This document shows positions 11,462 to 23,700 of a stretch of DNA of 64,000 nt, in pieces (the first letter of the stretch is position 1; each line of letters opens with the position of its first letter). Origin of the DNA: Bilabrum cf. latius (Eukaryota); assembly GCA_965178125.1 (NCBI GenBank), contig OZ237752.1, positions 992,001 to 1,056,000 on the forward strand. The letters are read 5' to 3'. The position numbers and the translations under genes are program-made. Below the pieces are notes generated by a model. That model was not told the DNA's origin and did not search any database. It was given only the letters and a program-made list of their open reading frames with translations.

Positions 11462-11584
11462 GACATGTCTGAATGACATAGATTGGACGAGCAGCCGAGG
11501 TGCCGAGGTTGAGGCCTGTCCGGCAGGGCAGGCTGCTCGTCGGAATCGACCGTCGGTCCTGTCCTTTCGGTGCAAAGTACACCA

Positions 11585-11665
11585 GGCAAGCATGAAACTC
11601 GGATGACGCGCGGTGCCTACACCTGCTCATGATTGAAGCGGGCGGTCCCGCGCTGACGACTGCCG
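11585..11665 (+). promoter_or_regulatory. Candidate type II SECIS element
   Basis: ATGA (11603-11606) ... TGA (11654-11656) core; stem GCGCGG/CCGCGC; apical mini-stem CCTGCTCA/TGAAGCGGG. The bulge reads AC rather than AA. Confidence 0.5.
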
Positions 11666-12116
11666 CATAATTGCGGCGATTGGCTGCAGCTCTTGGCTCC
11701 TCGATTGCCAGCGGCTCGCCCCACACGTCTAGTGTATTCTAGACGGAGCCGCGGCTCGTAGAGGCCAGTAGGGCTGCAGTCCGCCTCCCACTCAAGAGAG
11801 CTTGTCGCGCTGCAACTGATCGCAGCGTGTGGAGCTTCAAGTTGGGAGGTGCATGCTGCTGCCTGCCCGTACTATGCACCGACTGGCCGGAGCTGCGAGG
11901 CCGATCAAGTCGTTGATGCGTGCACATGCTTGGAAACGAATCACGATCTACATGAGCACTTCTTGATGATGAACTTCTCCTGATCAAATATGGCCCGTAG
12001 CAGCACGGTGGTGGGGGAGACCGTGCGTGCATGCACCGCAACGCAACGCGGCTTGCCGCCCCTTCGCGGGCCCCTACCGGTGATCCGATCCATGATCCGA
12101 TCCCTGCAGCCATTGC

Positions 12117-14256
12117 TCACGAGGTGCGGGCAAAGTAGGTCACATTGGCCCCCAGCTGCACCTCCAGCATCCCGTCTGTGCCCGTGCACGCCTCCCGTCC
12201 CACCGGGGTGCCCATCCAGTCCAGCGGCTGCCAGCAACTGCCGCCGCTTGCGCCCCTCCCCCCTTCCTGAGCGCCCCTCCCCCCAGCATGTACGCCCCTC
12301 CCCCCTTCCTGAGCACCCCTCCCCCCTTCCTGAGCGCCCCTCCCCCCTTCCTGAGCGCCCCTCCCCCCAGCATGTACGCCCCTCTCCTCTGGCAGCAGCA
12401 AGGCCTGCTCCTTCCACTGCTGCCAGGAGGGCACGGCGGAAGCCAGCGGGTCGAACTTTGCGGGTAGCCCGTCCATCTCTTTGGGGAAGAAGCACTGGTA
12501 CGGGCTGGCACCAGGGTCGGGCTCGTAGCAGCAGCCCAGCACCTTCTCGCATGTCTCTTTTGACGCCGCGCCTGCGGGCATGTTGCCGCAATTGCGGCGG
12601 TCCTCCTTGGCCACTGCACTGCACTGCGATGCGTCGCCCGTGACCCAGCCCATCAGCAGCCCCACCTTGGGGTCATCGACTCCTCCCACCAGCGCCTGGT
12701 CACCACCAGCACCAGCACCAGCAGCAGTACCAGCATCACCACTGCGCTGTGCCGTTGATGCGCCTGCCGAGTCAGGCTCGAACTTCATGACCCATGCGTT
12801 GGTCCCTGCCTCCGTCCAGGTACCCGCCGACTGCACCCCGGACAGCCGCCCCTTGAGCTGCACCCCCGGGGCCCGAGCCAGCTTCGAGTACGCCTGCACT
12901 CCATAGAAGCTCGGCTTTGCCTCAAAGGTACCGCTGCCCAGGCTCTGCCCCCCTGAGCCGGGCACCACGTCGTGCCTGACCTTGCCGTACATCTGCTCGC
13001 GCATGGTCACGTTGTCTCCGCCGTCCCTGAACTCGTAGTCGATTGACACAGGCACGCCGTACCACTCGTCGATCGCGTACCGCCGGGGCACGTACGCTGC
13101 CTGCTGCCACTCGGTTGCCAGCTGGCCCCGGGGGAAGCACGTCCCGTGCCCTGGGCCCTCCGTGCCGCAGGTGGTCCACCCCTGCTCCGATGTGACGAGT
13201 GGGATGGGGGCCTTGCCCTCGGGGGTGTGCTTCTGCACCACTGCGGCGAACTCGTCGTAGGACGCGGGCATGTTCTCTGGAGGGGATACCCTGTACGGGT
13301 GGAAGGACGCCCCGTCGAAGAGCGCGGGATCGAACCCGCCCGCGGCCCCGAAGTCCTGCATGAACTCGATCGGCATGCCCGCCGCGCAGGGTCCCACGAT
13401 CAGCTGGTCGGGGAATGCCGCCTTGAGTGCCCTGGCGGTGGAGAGGGCGAGGTGGGCGTACTGGGTGACGTTCGGGGCGGGCTGGCCCGTGGAGTTGCGC
13501 CAGAACGCGATGTTGGGCTCGCTGCGGCGGGCAGAGGAGAAAAGCGTGACGGGGCGATTGAGAATGAATGGAGGGAAGCAGGCATCTGCGCACTGGGCTA
13601 GATCCATGACACTGGCAGGGCTGCTTGGCTCGAGTAAATCCACTCGATACGAGGACACGGCTCGACTTGCTCACTTCCAGATCTCGGCGACGAAACGGCT
13701 ACCAGGGTATCGAGCACGGTATCGGCCGACTCCCGTCACTGCCCATTTGACAAACGCGTCCACTTGCCACTGTTCTGTGGGCGAGCACGACGGCCAGGTG
13801 CTGCGAGGCAGATCCGGGCAGTACGCTCGGTTCCACAAACCGAGGATGAACAGCACCGAGACGTTTCGCTGGGAATATAATTCCTCCATAACACCATCTA
13901 AATAGGTCCAGTTGTAGACTCCTTGCTCCGGTTCCGTTTTATCCCACTGGAGCGACGTCCTGACAACATTGGCGTAGCTCGCAATCATGTCGAGGCCTTC
14001 CGCCGGAAAAGGATCGTTTGAACTCCAGTCGCCCTGCAAGGTTGCATCGGGAGGATATCAACAACTTTGTGCCTTGGTGGTACCTACCTCTCCAGGATGC
14101 TCCACCGCAATGGGATAGTCTCTATTCGGCGTTCTGCGATCTTACCCAGTGAATATTCACACCGCGTGCCCCTCGGTCCCCACCAGGCCAGTCACTAGCA
14201 ACTGCAAGACATATAAGACAGGTGATTCCAATCGTGAGAGCTCCATCATTGCGCAT
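12117..14256 (-). CDS. Secreted clan GH-A glycoside hydrolase (GH5/GH39-like) with a C-terminal trefoil (P-type) domain; exons 14256-14146, 14033-13675, 13521-12117
   Basis: Signal peptide MRNDGALTIGITCLICLAVA and GVNIHW. Splicing the GT-AG introns 14145-14034 and 13674-13522 restores acid/base motif EIWNEPN. Also SFHPY, nucleophile motif VTSEQGW, and trefoil-like C..RRNCG..C...GCCY..CFFP. Ends TGA. Confidence 0.8.
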
Positions 14257-14434
14257 GATTCAGGTTTGACAGAACGCGTCGATGCTTGAATCGGATCATA
14301 TCTTTTTCCGAGTCGGAGGTGCAGATCACTGAATTTGGAGTAGAGGGGGGTACCAGTCGGCATATTTGGCAAAGTCAGCGGTATGCAACGCGTTTTATGC
14401 TTGATTCAGGCCGTGCAGCAAGGCCTGCTGAGCA

Positions 14435-15086
14435 ATGACGCATCCCCAGAGAGCACGTACTAGCTGCCTCTCACCAGCTCAGCTCGGATCCGATCCACAT
14501 TTAGACCTGAGTGATAGCTCCAGCGCATCTCCTTCCACGGTGTATCCGGTGGGCGGCGGCGTCTTCTTCAACCGTGCGCCTTCGTGCGACCATGACGAGG
14601 ATGCTATCATGATCACTGAGTGAGCAGCAGCAGGAGGAGGCAGGTGCTCTGTCAGACCGGCTCGATTCCGAGGGCGGTGAACCTGCGGCTGCCTCTGGTG
14701 CCATCGGTGGGTGTGCGAGCATGGACGCAGGGGCGGAGGTCCTTGTGTGCTGGGGCCATGAGGACGACAGGAGTGCGAGCATGGCCAGCGGAGGGGGCGA
14801 GCACGAGCACTTGCTCCGGGCCATGGCGAGCAAGTCGATGGTGCCGGGCACTGTGGCGGAGGCGCTCGCCACGGCGGACACAGGGGCTGATGCGGTGGTG
14901 CTGCCGCCCATGTCTGACAGGTGCCTGCGGGCGTGGGCGGGTGCGAGGCGGCGGGCGCTGGCAGCCACTGGCAGGTCGAGATACGAGGCACTGCGAGACG
15001 TGGAGGAGGGGGAGGAGCTGTGCTGTGACTATGATCTGCTGATGTCAGTCGATCAGCCGGATGATGCGGTGATGCCGTGGGAGTGA
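14435..15086 (+). CDS. SET-domain-containing protein (5' end uncertain)
   Basis: GT-AG intron 14574-14655 restores FFNH. C-terminal ALRDVEEGEELCCDY is the SET signature. Ends TGA. Confidence 0.55.
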
Positions 15087-15281
15087 TGCAAGTTTACTGG
15101 CTCGTTGAATTGACACTATCGGCAGCCGTTCTGTGCCAGGCTGCCAGTGCCACTAGTGGCCTCATCATGTGGTCTAACCGGAACCACCGCCGGCGACGAC
15201 GAACTCGCGACGACACAACATCGGTCTCAACTCAAGATATCCTTGCTTGCTTGACTTCAAACTTCACGGAATATTTTTAAG

Positions 15282-18200
15282 ATGGGTTGCTACTGTTGCT
15301 TGAAGACGCAGAGTTCATGTTTCTTGCTGCTCGTAACGATTTCTGCACTTGGAAGTCCATAGACGAATGGCAGTGCCTCCTATGCTTCGACAAGCATTCA
15401 GAGCTTCATTGGGAATCATACTTCCGGGACTTGCACAAAGGAGCGTGGATTGATGCAGAAGCAATTTGCACTTGCGAGGCTTGGCATAGCTTGGTGTGTG
15501 AATGGAAACCACGATTCATAGCGGGATGCTCCAGGCAGTCCATTGCAAGGCGCTCCACCAATGGCTGCGCGGAAGCATTCGTACGCTGCGCTCGCCACCC
15601 CTCCCAGATCAGGCACCACATGGACTGCTTCGCTGCTGCGGGCTGCGACAGGCTAGCGGTCTTGCTCCGTGTATGCAGGCGCGGCCGATTCCTCAAGGGT
15701 CTTTCCGGAAGCGCTCGAGACCTGGCATTCGTCCAGTAGCAGCAGCGGCGATGGGCCAGGAAATCCACCGCGGACATCGACCCCCGGCACCGCGGGGAGC
15801 AGCACGCAGCTCCGTTGCTCGGACGAGACACTGCCCCACTCGGTTGATACCAACCGCTCGTCACACCGCTCCGGCTTGGCCCCGGTGCGGGTGGGCAGCC
15901 CCTCCGAGAGCGCGCTGACCGTCGTGAAGACGCACTGCCCGCTGCTCGCCGTGGCACGGGCCGGGCTGGAGGAGCGCAGGGCCCTCGGGGTCGCAGAGGG
16001 CAGGGGGGCGGGCAACCGTCTGGACCGAGCGGGCGTGCTGGGTGTGACGAGTGGGGAGGGTGCGAGTCGGGCGTGCGAGGTGCAGGCGGCGGGCACCCCT
16101 CGCTTCCCCCGGGCAGCGGTCCGCACACTACGCGACCCCTTGGTGTCAGGGGTCTCGCAGGTGATGCGCCAGGAGCAGGGGGTGGGCTTGCTCAAGGCGA
16201 TTCGGGGGCAGATGGGGCAGGCGGAGGGCAGGATGAGGCAGCTCATGAGGACGTACGGGTGCACGCCAGGTTCCCATAGCAGCAGAAGCTAGGGGGGCGA
16301 TAAGGAGAGGGGGTCAGCCGTAGCACGCGGTTTCCTGTCGGCCAAGAGGCTACAGGAGTGCAGGCGCATGCTGGGCAGGCACGCGATGTCTCCCGCCATG
16401 CGTGCGATGGCCGCCCTCGAGCTGGAGGCGGGTGGAGGGCACCCGCACCTGGCCTGGTCCTTCCCCAGGGAACAAATGGCCAGGGAGGCGTGCCTGCGTG
16501 TGGCCGGGCCGTGGTACGCATCGTCATTCCGCAGTGCACTGCGGCGCTGGCTGTACGCCTGGGTGCGGTAGTGGGCACACTGGGAGGAAGAGAGGGAGAG
16601 GGGCATGCCTTAGTTCCTGCTAGGGATCGACGGGCTGTGTGACAAGGGGGTCCGGCTGGCCCTGGGAGAGGTGGATGAGGGGGGAGAGAGGGGGGCGGGG
16701 CGGGCGAGTCGCGGGCAGGTGCGGGACACTCTGCAGCTGATGCTCGAGTTCCTGGGATACGACACGGGAGAGGGGGCGGTGCAGGAGCCATGGCGACAGG
16801 GAGACTAGGCGCGTTCTGGTGATGGCTCGACCGACGAGCCAGGTGTGAGTGAGTCAAGTACAGGTCTTGCACCTCGCCGGTACGTGCCACCAGAGTGGAT
16901 CGATGCAGCGGTGGACAAGGTCAAGTGCTACTCGGCGCTTCAGTCCATGCAGGGCGGGCTCACTAGACACCCTGCCGTGCTGCACTCGGCCTGGCGGGAC
17001 ATGGCCCGGGAGTGGACCGGCGCGCAGGACCAGGACAATACCCAGGGCCAGGGCCAGGGCCAGGTTGATGAAACGCCGATGTCAGGTGATGGCGCGTCTA
17101 GCCGAGCCAACGGTCCACCGCTTGCGAGCAAGACCCAGCTGCTGCTGCCGCCCTCAAGCACTACTCGGATGACGGGCAGTCGCTTTCAACGAGTCGGCGG
17201 GGCTGTTCAACACGGTGCCGGTCCTGCTGGTGCCTCCGCGTGGCACGAGGCTGGAACTGTGTCTTTGTCCTCGTTCTGTTCCCCGCTCGCAGGGGGCAGC
17301 GGTGCGCAGGCAGGGATCATAGAGTACGGGGGGAGAGGGCCGGGCTGCGATCACATGCAGGAGGCCAGGGTGAAGGCGGGGCACACATGCGTGGGTGAGC
17401 GAGGCCGGCTGGCTGTCCCTGTGCTGTACACCCTCCCAGACCCACCGCTGGCGAGTTCGCCCGCGCCTGTCTGTGCGAGCGGGGATGTCCCGGCAGATGG
17501 GCCGTTGGAGCCAGAAACAGCCACGAAGCGAAGGAGACTGCAGACAGGTGGTGTAGGCACAGAAGTTGTTGAGCAGCACCACCACCAGCAAGGGGCTCGC
17601 CAGCCGGTGGGAAAGGAACAGCGACAGGTATATGGTCCAGGGCAGGACACAGGGGGTCTAGCCTCAGGGCTTGCTTCAACTGGAGGGGGTCTAGCCTCAG
17701 GGCTTGCTTCAACTGGAGGGGGTCTAGCCTCAGGGCTTGCTTCAACTGGAGGGGATCTAGCCTCAGGGCAGGACACAGGGGGTCTAGCCTCAGGGCTTGC
17801 TTCAACTGGAGGGGGTCTAGCCTCAGGGCTTGCTTCAACTGGAGGGGGTCTAGCCTCAGGGCAGGACACAGGGGGTCTAGCCTCAGGGCTTGCTTCAACT
17901 GGAGGGGGTCTAGCCTCAGGGCTTGCTTCAACTGGAGGGGGTCTAGCCTCAGGGCTTGCTTCAACTGGAGGGGGTCTAGCCTCAGGGCTTGCTTCAACTG
18001 GAGGGGGTCTAGCCTCAGGGCTTGCTTCAACTGGAGGGGGTCTAGCCTCAGGGCAGGACACAGGGGGTCTAGCCTCAGGGCTTGCTTCAACTGGAGGGGG
18101 TCTAGCCTCAGGGCTTGCTTCAACTGGAGGGGGTCTAGCCTCAGGGCTTGCTTCAACTGGAGGGGATCTAGCCTCAGGGCTTGCTTCAACTGGAGGGGGT

Positions 18201-20546
18201 CTAGCCTCAGGGCTTGCTTCAACTGGAGGGGGTCTAGCCTCAGGGCAGGACACAGGGGGTCTAGCCTCAGGGCTTGCTTCAACTGGAGGGGGTCTAGCCT
18301 CAGGGCTTGCTTCAACTGGAGGGGGTCTAGCCTCAGGGCAGGACACAGGGGGTCTAGCCTCAGGGCTTGCTTCAACTGGAGGGGGTCTAGCCTCAGGGCT
18401 TGCTTCAACTGGAGGGGGTCTAGCCTCAGGGCTTGCTTCAACTGGAGGGGGTCTAGCCTCAGGGCTTGCTTCAACTGGAGGGGGTCTAGCCTCAGGGCAG
18501 GACACAGGGGGTCTAGCCTCAGGGCTTGCTTCAACTGGAGGGGGTCTAGCCTCAGGGCTTGCTTCAACTGGAGGGGATCTAGCCTCAGGGCTTGCTTCAA
18601 CTGGAGGGGGTCTAGCCTCAGGGCAGGACACAGGGGGTCTAGCCTCAGGGCTTGCTTCAACTGGAGGGGGTCTAGCCTCAGGGCTTGCTTCAACTGGAGG
18701 GGGTCTAGCCTCAGGGCTTGCTTCAACTGGAGGGGGTCTAGCCTCAGGGCTTGCTTCAACTGGAGGGGGTCTAGCCTCAGGGCTTGCTTCAACTGGAGGG
18801 GGTCTAGCCTCAGGGCTTGCTTCAACTGGAGGGGATCTAGCCTCAGGGCAGGACACAGGGGGTCTAGCCTCAGGGCTTGCTTCAACTGGAGGGGGTCTAG
18901 CCTCAGGGCAGGACACAGGGGGTCTAGCCTCAGGGCTTGCTTCAACTGGAGGGGGTCTAGCCTCAGGGCTTGCTTCAACTGGAGGGGATCTAGCCTCAGG
19001 GCTTGCTTCAACTGGAGGGGGTCTAGCCTCAGGGCAGGACACAGGGGGTCTAGCCTCAGGGCTTGCTTCAACTGGAGGGGGTCTAGCCTCAGGGCAGGAC
19101 ACAGGGGGTCTAGCCTCAGGGCTTGCTTCAACTGGAGGGATTCAAGCGAGCCTTCGAGATGGTGGATCTGGAGGCGATGGAAGGGAACCTGTGAGTGCCC
19201 CTGCGTTTCAGTTCATTGCAGGGAAGCATCACAGTGGTGACAGCGAAGCAGAAGATGCCGGGGCAGCCTTGCGCGGCAGTAGTAGTAGTCGTTAGTAGGA
19301 GCGGAAGGGGCTCGCCCCTGGAAATGCACTAGAGGACCATGCTAGTGGTTCCCCATTGGAGGACCATGTTGGTGGGACCCCACTGGAGGACCATGTTGGT
19401 GGGACCCCACTGGAGGACCATGCTGGTGGTTCCCCACTGGAGGACCATGCTAGTGGTTCCCCACTGGAGGACCATGCTGGTGGTTCCCCACTGGAGGACC
19501 ATGCTAGTGGTTCCCCACTGGAGGACCATGCTGGTGGGACCCCACTGGAGGACCATGTTGGTGGGACCCCACTGGTGTTAACAGGGACCAGCACCGCAGC
19601 TCAAGGCACTGGTGGTGTTACCGGAACGTACACGGGGAACGCTGCTGATGCGCCTGCAAATACAGCGCTAGAGCCAGCACTAGCGGCAAGCTCGCACGTA
19701 GGTGCGAACGGCAGCACCTACCTCTCCCTCGGTCTTCGGGCCGGATTGGATCCCTCCCCGGTGTTTGGCGACTCGCAGGGACTGAGCGCGCTACGGTGGG
19801 GACACTCCAGGGTGGGGGTGGCCCCTCGGCTTGTTCCCCAGGGGTGGGTGCAGGAGGCCGTGGCTCGCACCATGGGCTCCCCGTGGGGCGGGGACCCTCT
19901 GTACCTGCCACTGGACGACGCGGTGCTGGAGGAGGCAGCCGACGTGCTGGGAGTCTTCGCCAGGGAACACCCGCTAATCGAGAGCTACGCCAAGGGGTAC
20001 CTTGAAGAGCTCGAGAAGCGGCGGGCATGGCGGGGGGAGCACAGGGGGGAGCTGCCCCCAGACAGGGGGGAGCCCGTGGATCAGGTGGGGTTGGCCCCCC
20101 TGGTGGGGTCAGGGGCCGCCCCAGTCCCCCTGACGTCAGTGGAAGAGGGGCTGAGAGACCCGGCGAGGTGGGTGGGGCTGCAGGGATGGCCGGCACCACC
20201 CACAGGCGCGCACCGGCGCGGACTGCAGGGTGGGTCCAGCGCCGATGCCAGTGGTGGCGCCAGTGTGGAGGCAGGCAACTCCACAGGGGATGGTGATGGT
20301 GGTAGCGGCACTGGCACTAGCACTGCTGGCAGTGGGGCGAGGCAGCTGCCTCCATCTCTGGCCCACCTTTGGTTGGAGGAGCAGGCCCACTGGTGGCAGT
20401 ACGAGGGCGATCCCGCCAAGGTGCCCGAGGACCCGGGCACGAGGAGGAGCAGGCAGGCAGCCGTGTGCGAGCTGCTGCTGCCCAGGGCGCTCAGCTATGA
20501 GGCCGCCTACAGCGCGAGAACGGACCATCGAGTGGAGGGGCAATGA
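15282..20546 (+). CDS. Sulfotransferase-domain membrane/secreted protein with large repeat expansions, ~1754 aa with TAG=Gln
   Basis: One frame from ATG 15282 to TGA 20544-20546 with 9 TAGs. Hydrophobic N-terminus, PAPS-binding motif TPPRSGTTW..LLRAATG[Q]RSCSVY, VVKTHCP, LRDPLVSGVS and LMLEFLG. Confidence 0.7.
17640..19139 (+). repeat. ~1.5-kb coding minisatellite of 33/30-bp units (GGGLASGLAST / GGGLASGQDT)
   Basis: Near-identical units, all multiples of 3, in frame with the sulfotransferase ORF. Confidence 0.95.
19329..19575 (+). repeat. 27-bp coding repeat x9 (LEDH[AV][GS]G[ST]P)
   Basis: Directly visible. Confidence 0.92.
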
Positions 20547-20748
20547 CGCGGGCTTCTTGTCTGCTTGGAGGAGCTGCGACCAGAGACTGCCACGGCGACC
20601 TGCAAAGGTGCGAGCGAAGATTTGGCGGTTGCAACCGCTTGCGAGTCCACGGCCGACCAAACGGAGACTCGAGCAGAAAGCGGCGGCCTCGAGCCTCTCT
20701 CAGCGACTTCGTCCGCGACATTGTATTGATAGTGCAGCAAAGGTTGCA

Positions 20749-23700
20749 ATGGGACAGCAATTTTCCACTCCAAAGGCCAGACCAGGCGGCGACGCAGCAA
20801 GTGGTCGGGTCTCCGGCACAGCCATGGACGATTCAAGTGTTTCGGTGTCTGGGTGAGCCAGTCTTAATTTTCCAGTCAATTTGCAAGGAGACTGCGTCAA
20901 GTAATCGACATGGCTGATGTTCTCTAAGTGAAGCTCACTTTGTCTGCACGAATACTCGGGAAACCGATATGCCGACGCAGGCCTGCCTTAAATTTTGCAA
21001 AATGCACGCTGTAGCGCACCACCTTGCTGGCACTTACGATGTGCTGTCAGATTCTCAGTCCTTGGTTTGAACTTTCTCGCCTCTAATACCGATATTCGGA
21101 CCTTTTTCACGTTGCTACCTTCCGATGTTCGCAGACGAAAGACGGTTCTCATGAAACTACGAAATGACCTGTCGGCTTGGCAATTGCCAGACGTATGGGC
21201 CGCGTTTGAGCGGGCTCTGCAGCTAAAAGAAGCTGTATCTGGTCCCAAAGTGCGTCTCTCGCGCCGAGAGTTCGCCGAGGTGTTTGGGGTGGCTCAGATG
21301 TCATCCGCTGCTGCCAGCGGTGGCCTCGGCTAGGAAGTTGCGAGTAGAGGCGCGGAAGAATCCGCGCTAGAAGCACTGCTTGCAAGGCACGAAAAGGAGC
21401 ACGGTCTGCAAGCAGGCGACTGGCCGGCCGCTGAACCGGCAGCAAACCAAGAAGCCGGTGAGAAACAGCCGAGCCGAGCAGATGCTCCCCCAGCCAGTGG
21501 CAGCAAGAGCGCCCTCGAGGCAGCGAGCGTCCCGCCCGAGGTTACAACCGCTGTCAGGACTCGGGCATCCGGCGGGCCAGGCCGCCGCGCCGCCCCCGCA
21601 CGCCTGCCCCTGCTGGCGCACCATGTGCTCGCAGGGACAGACGGGCACGTCCGTCTGTTCGAAGTCTTCGCCGCGCTGCTGTTGCACTGCCAAGGCCCCC
21701 TCCGGCAGCGGTGCGCGCTGCTGTGGCGCATGTTTGACATGGACCAGAATGGCTTGCTGGACCGCGAGGAGGTGCTAGAGTGAGACCGCACTCGTCACAT
21801 GGAACGCGCTCGCGGCTGCATCCGATCCGATCCGATCCGATACACAACCCCAACAACCCCCCCCCCCCCCCCCCAATCGGCTCGCAGGTTCTTCGAGTCT
21901 GCATGCAGCTCGCTGTACAAGCTGGAGGTGCTGCCGAGCAGGGCCAACCGTAGGCAGCTGCGGGCCCTCCGCAGGGACCTCTTCGAGTCAGTGGACGCCA
22001 ACGAGGACGGGGTGCTGAGCTTCCCCGAGGTGTACCGCTGGGCCGCCTCCAGCCTCCACACCAGAGACCTCATGGAGGGCTTCTCCGTGGCGGCGCTGGA
22101 CGATGATGACCCGCGCAAAATCGAGGTGGTGACTCGCCGCACGCGACTCGCAACGCTCGAGAAGCAGGCCGCCGCGGCGCGCAGGCGGTGTCGCCGGTGG
22201 TCCGCCCCCGGCCCCCTCTGTGCCCTGGCGGTGGGCCCCGGAGGTAGCGTGGGGGGTGGCACCGGCGGTCTGCTGTTGCAGCACACTGCGGAGGAATAGG
22301 AGAAGGAGAAACAAGGCGCTGTGGGATCTGCGCGGTGGTATGGGCGGGGAAGTGGGATGCCATTCCTCCTCGGCGACATGAGGGCGCCGTGGCGATCGCT
22401 GGTGCTGGACCGTGGGGGTGACGGGGGCTACGTGGGACTGCTGCGACACTGTCTGCAGGTAGATCTGGAGGAGAGGCCGAGGAGGAGGAGGAAGGCGGGG
22501 AACAAGGGGGGGCGGTGGAGGGGCACCCCCACGAGAGGAAAGGGGCAACCGGGGGAACTTATGGGGGGTGCATCGGTGGCAGGGACGAAGAGTAGTGGCC
22601 TCGACAGGCGAGATGGAGATGAAGACGCCGGCACCATGCGGCTGCCTGGCCCCCGGAGGCACCCCACAGGCAGGCGGCACTCAGCCACCGCTGCCGATGC
22701 CGTTGTCATGGTGGCGATGAGGAGGAGCGCGGCGCAGGCCGCTGCCATGCCTGCGGCAGCCGGCACGGAGCTACCTGCACCTGCAGGCGTTGGGGCAAGG
22801 ACTAACGCAGGCAGCGCGACCTTCGGGGGTGGTTGTGGTACGGGAGCAGGAGAGGGCAAAGAGGAAGAAGAGGAGCTTAAACAGGGGCGGGCAGGGGTGA
22901 GCGCGGCGGGAGACCTGGACGGCGGCGAGGACCCGGAGCTGAAAGTTGGCCGCGGGGTGGACGGCCGCTCCGACGCTGCCCTGCAGGGCGCGCTGGCCAT
23001 GGTGCCCGGAGCAGCCGAAGCGATGGCGCTGCTTGCCAGGCTTCAAGAGGACGGGGAGGTGGCCGAGGATGCCGCGCTTGGGGGCGGGATCGGGCGGCCG
23101 TTGAGCAAGCAGGAGAGGGCAGCGGTGAGGCAGGCGGGCTGGAGGCTGCTGCTGCCTGCGGCCACCCGTCTGTGGCTGCTGCGAGGGCGGCAGGCAGGCT
23201 CCAAGGAAGTGCTGGCCGCGCGCAGGCTGGATGATGCCCTGGATGAGGCCGTGCTCGTGTACGGGCGGGCGGCGGGGTGGGCGGGGAGGTGGGGCCGGGG
23301 CAAGGGGGGGACAGCCAGGAGCGGTAGCAGCCGCGCCACCACCTCGTCCTCTCCCTCTCGATAGGCTGTCCCGTCCCCCCCTCTGCCAGCCATGGCCAGG
23401 GTGCATGCGAAGAGCCCGGGGGCTGCCAGCTCCAGCTCGGGGGCATCAGGGGCAGGCACACTCCAGGCCCTTATGCCACGTGGAGGGAACAAGGGGGTTG
23501 CAGGGAACAAGAGGAGCACAGCCAGGACGAGGGGGAGGGGCAGGCTGGCATCCGCCAAGTCACAGGTCTCCTCCGCCCGTGCCTCTGCCTCTCCTGCAGC
23601 GGCGCGGGGAACAAAAACAGGACCAAGAACAGGACCAACTCAAGGAGGTCCCATGCAACGGACAGGCCGCAGGGCGTCCATCGAGGAGCGGCTGGACGGG

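Noticed and set aside
17640-19139. CRISPR-like array
   Set aside because: No unique spacers; the units are in-frame multiples of 3 within a eukaryotic ORF.
21857-21874. Poly-C run
   Set aside because: It lies inside the predicted intron 21780-21887; homopolymer length is unreliable.
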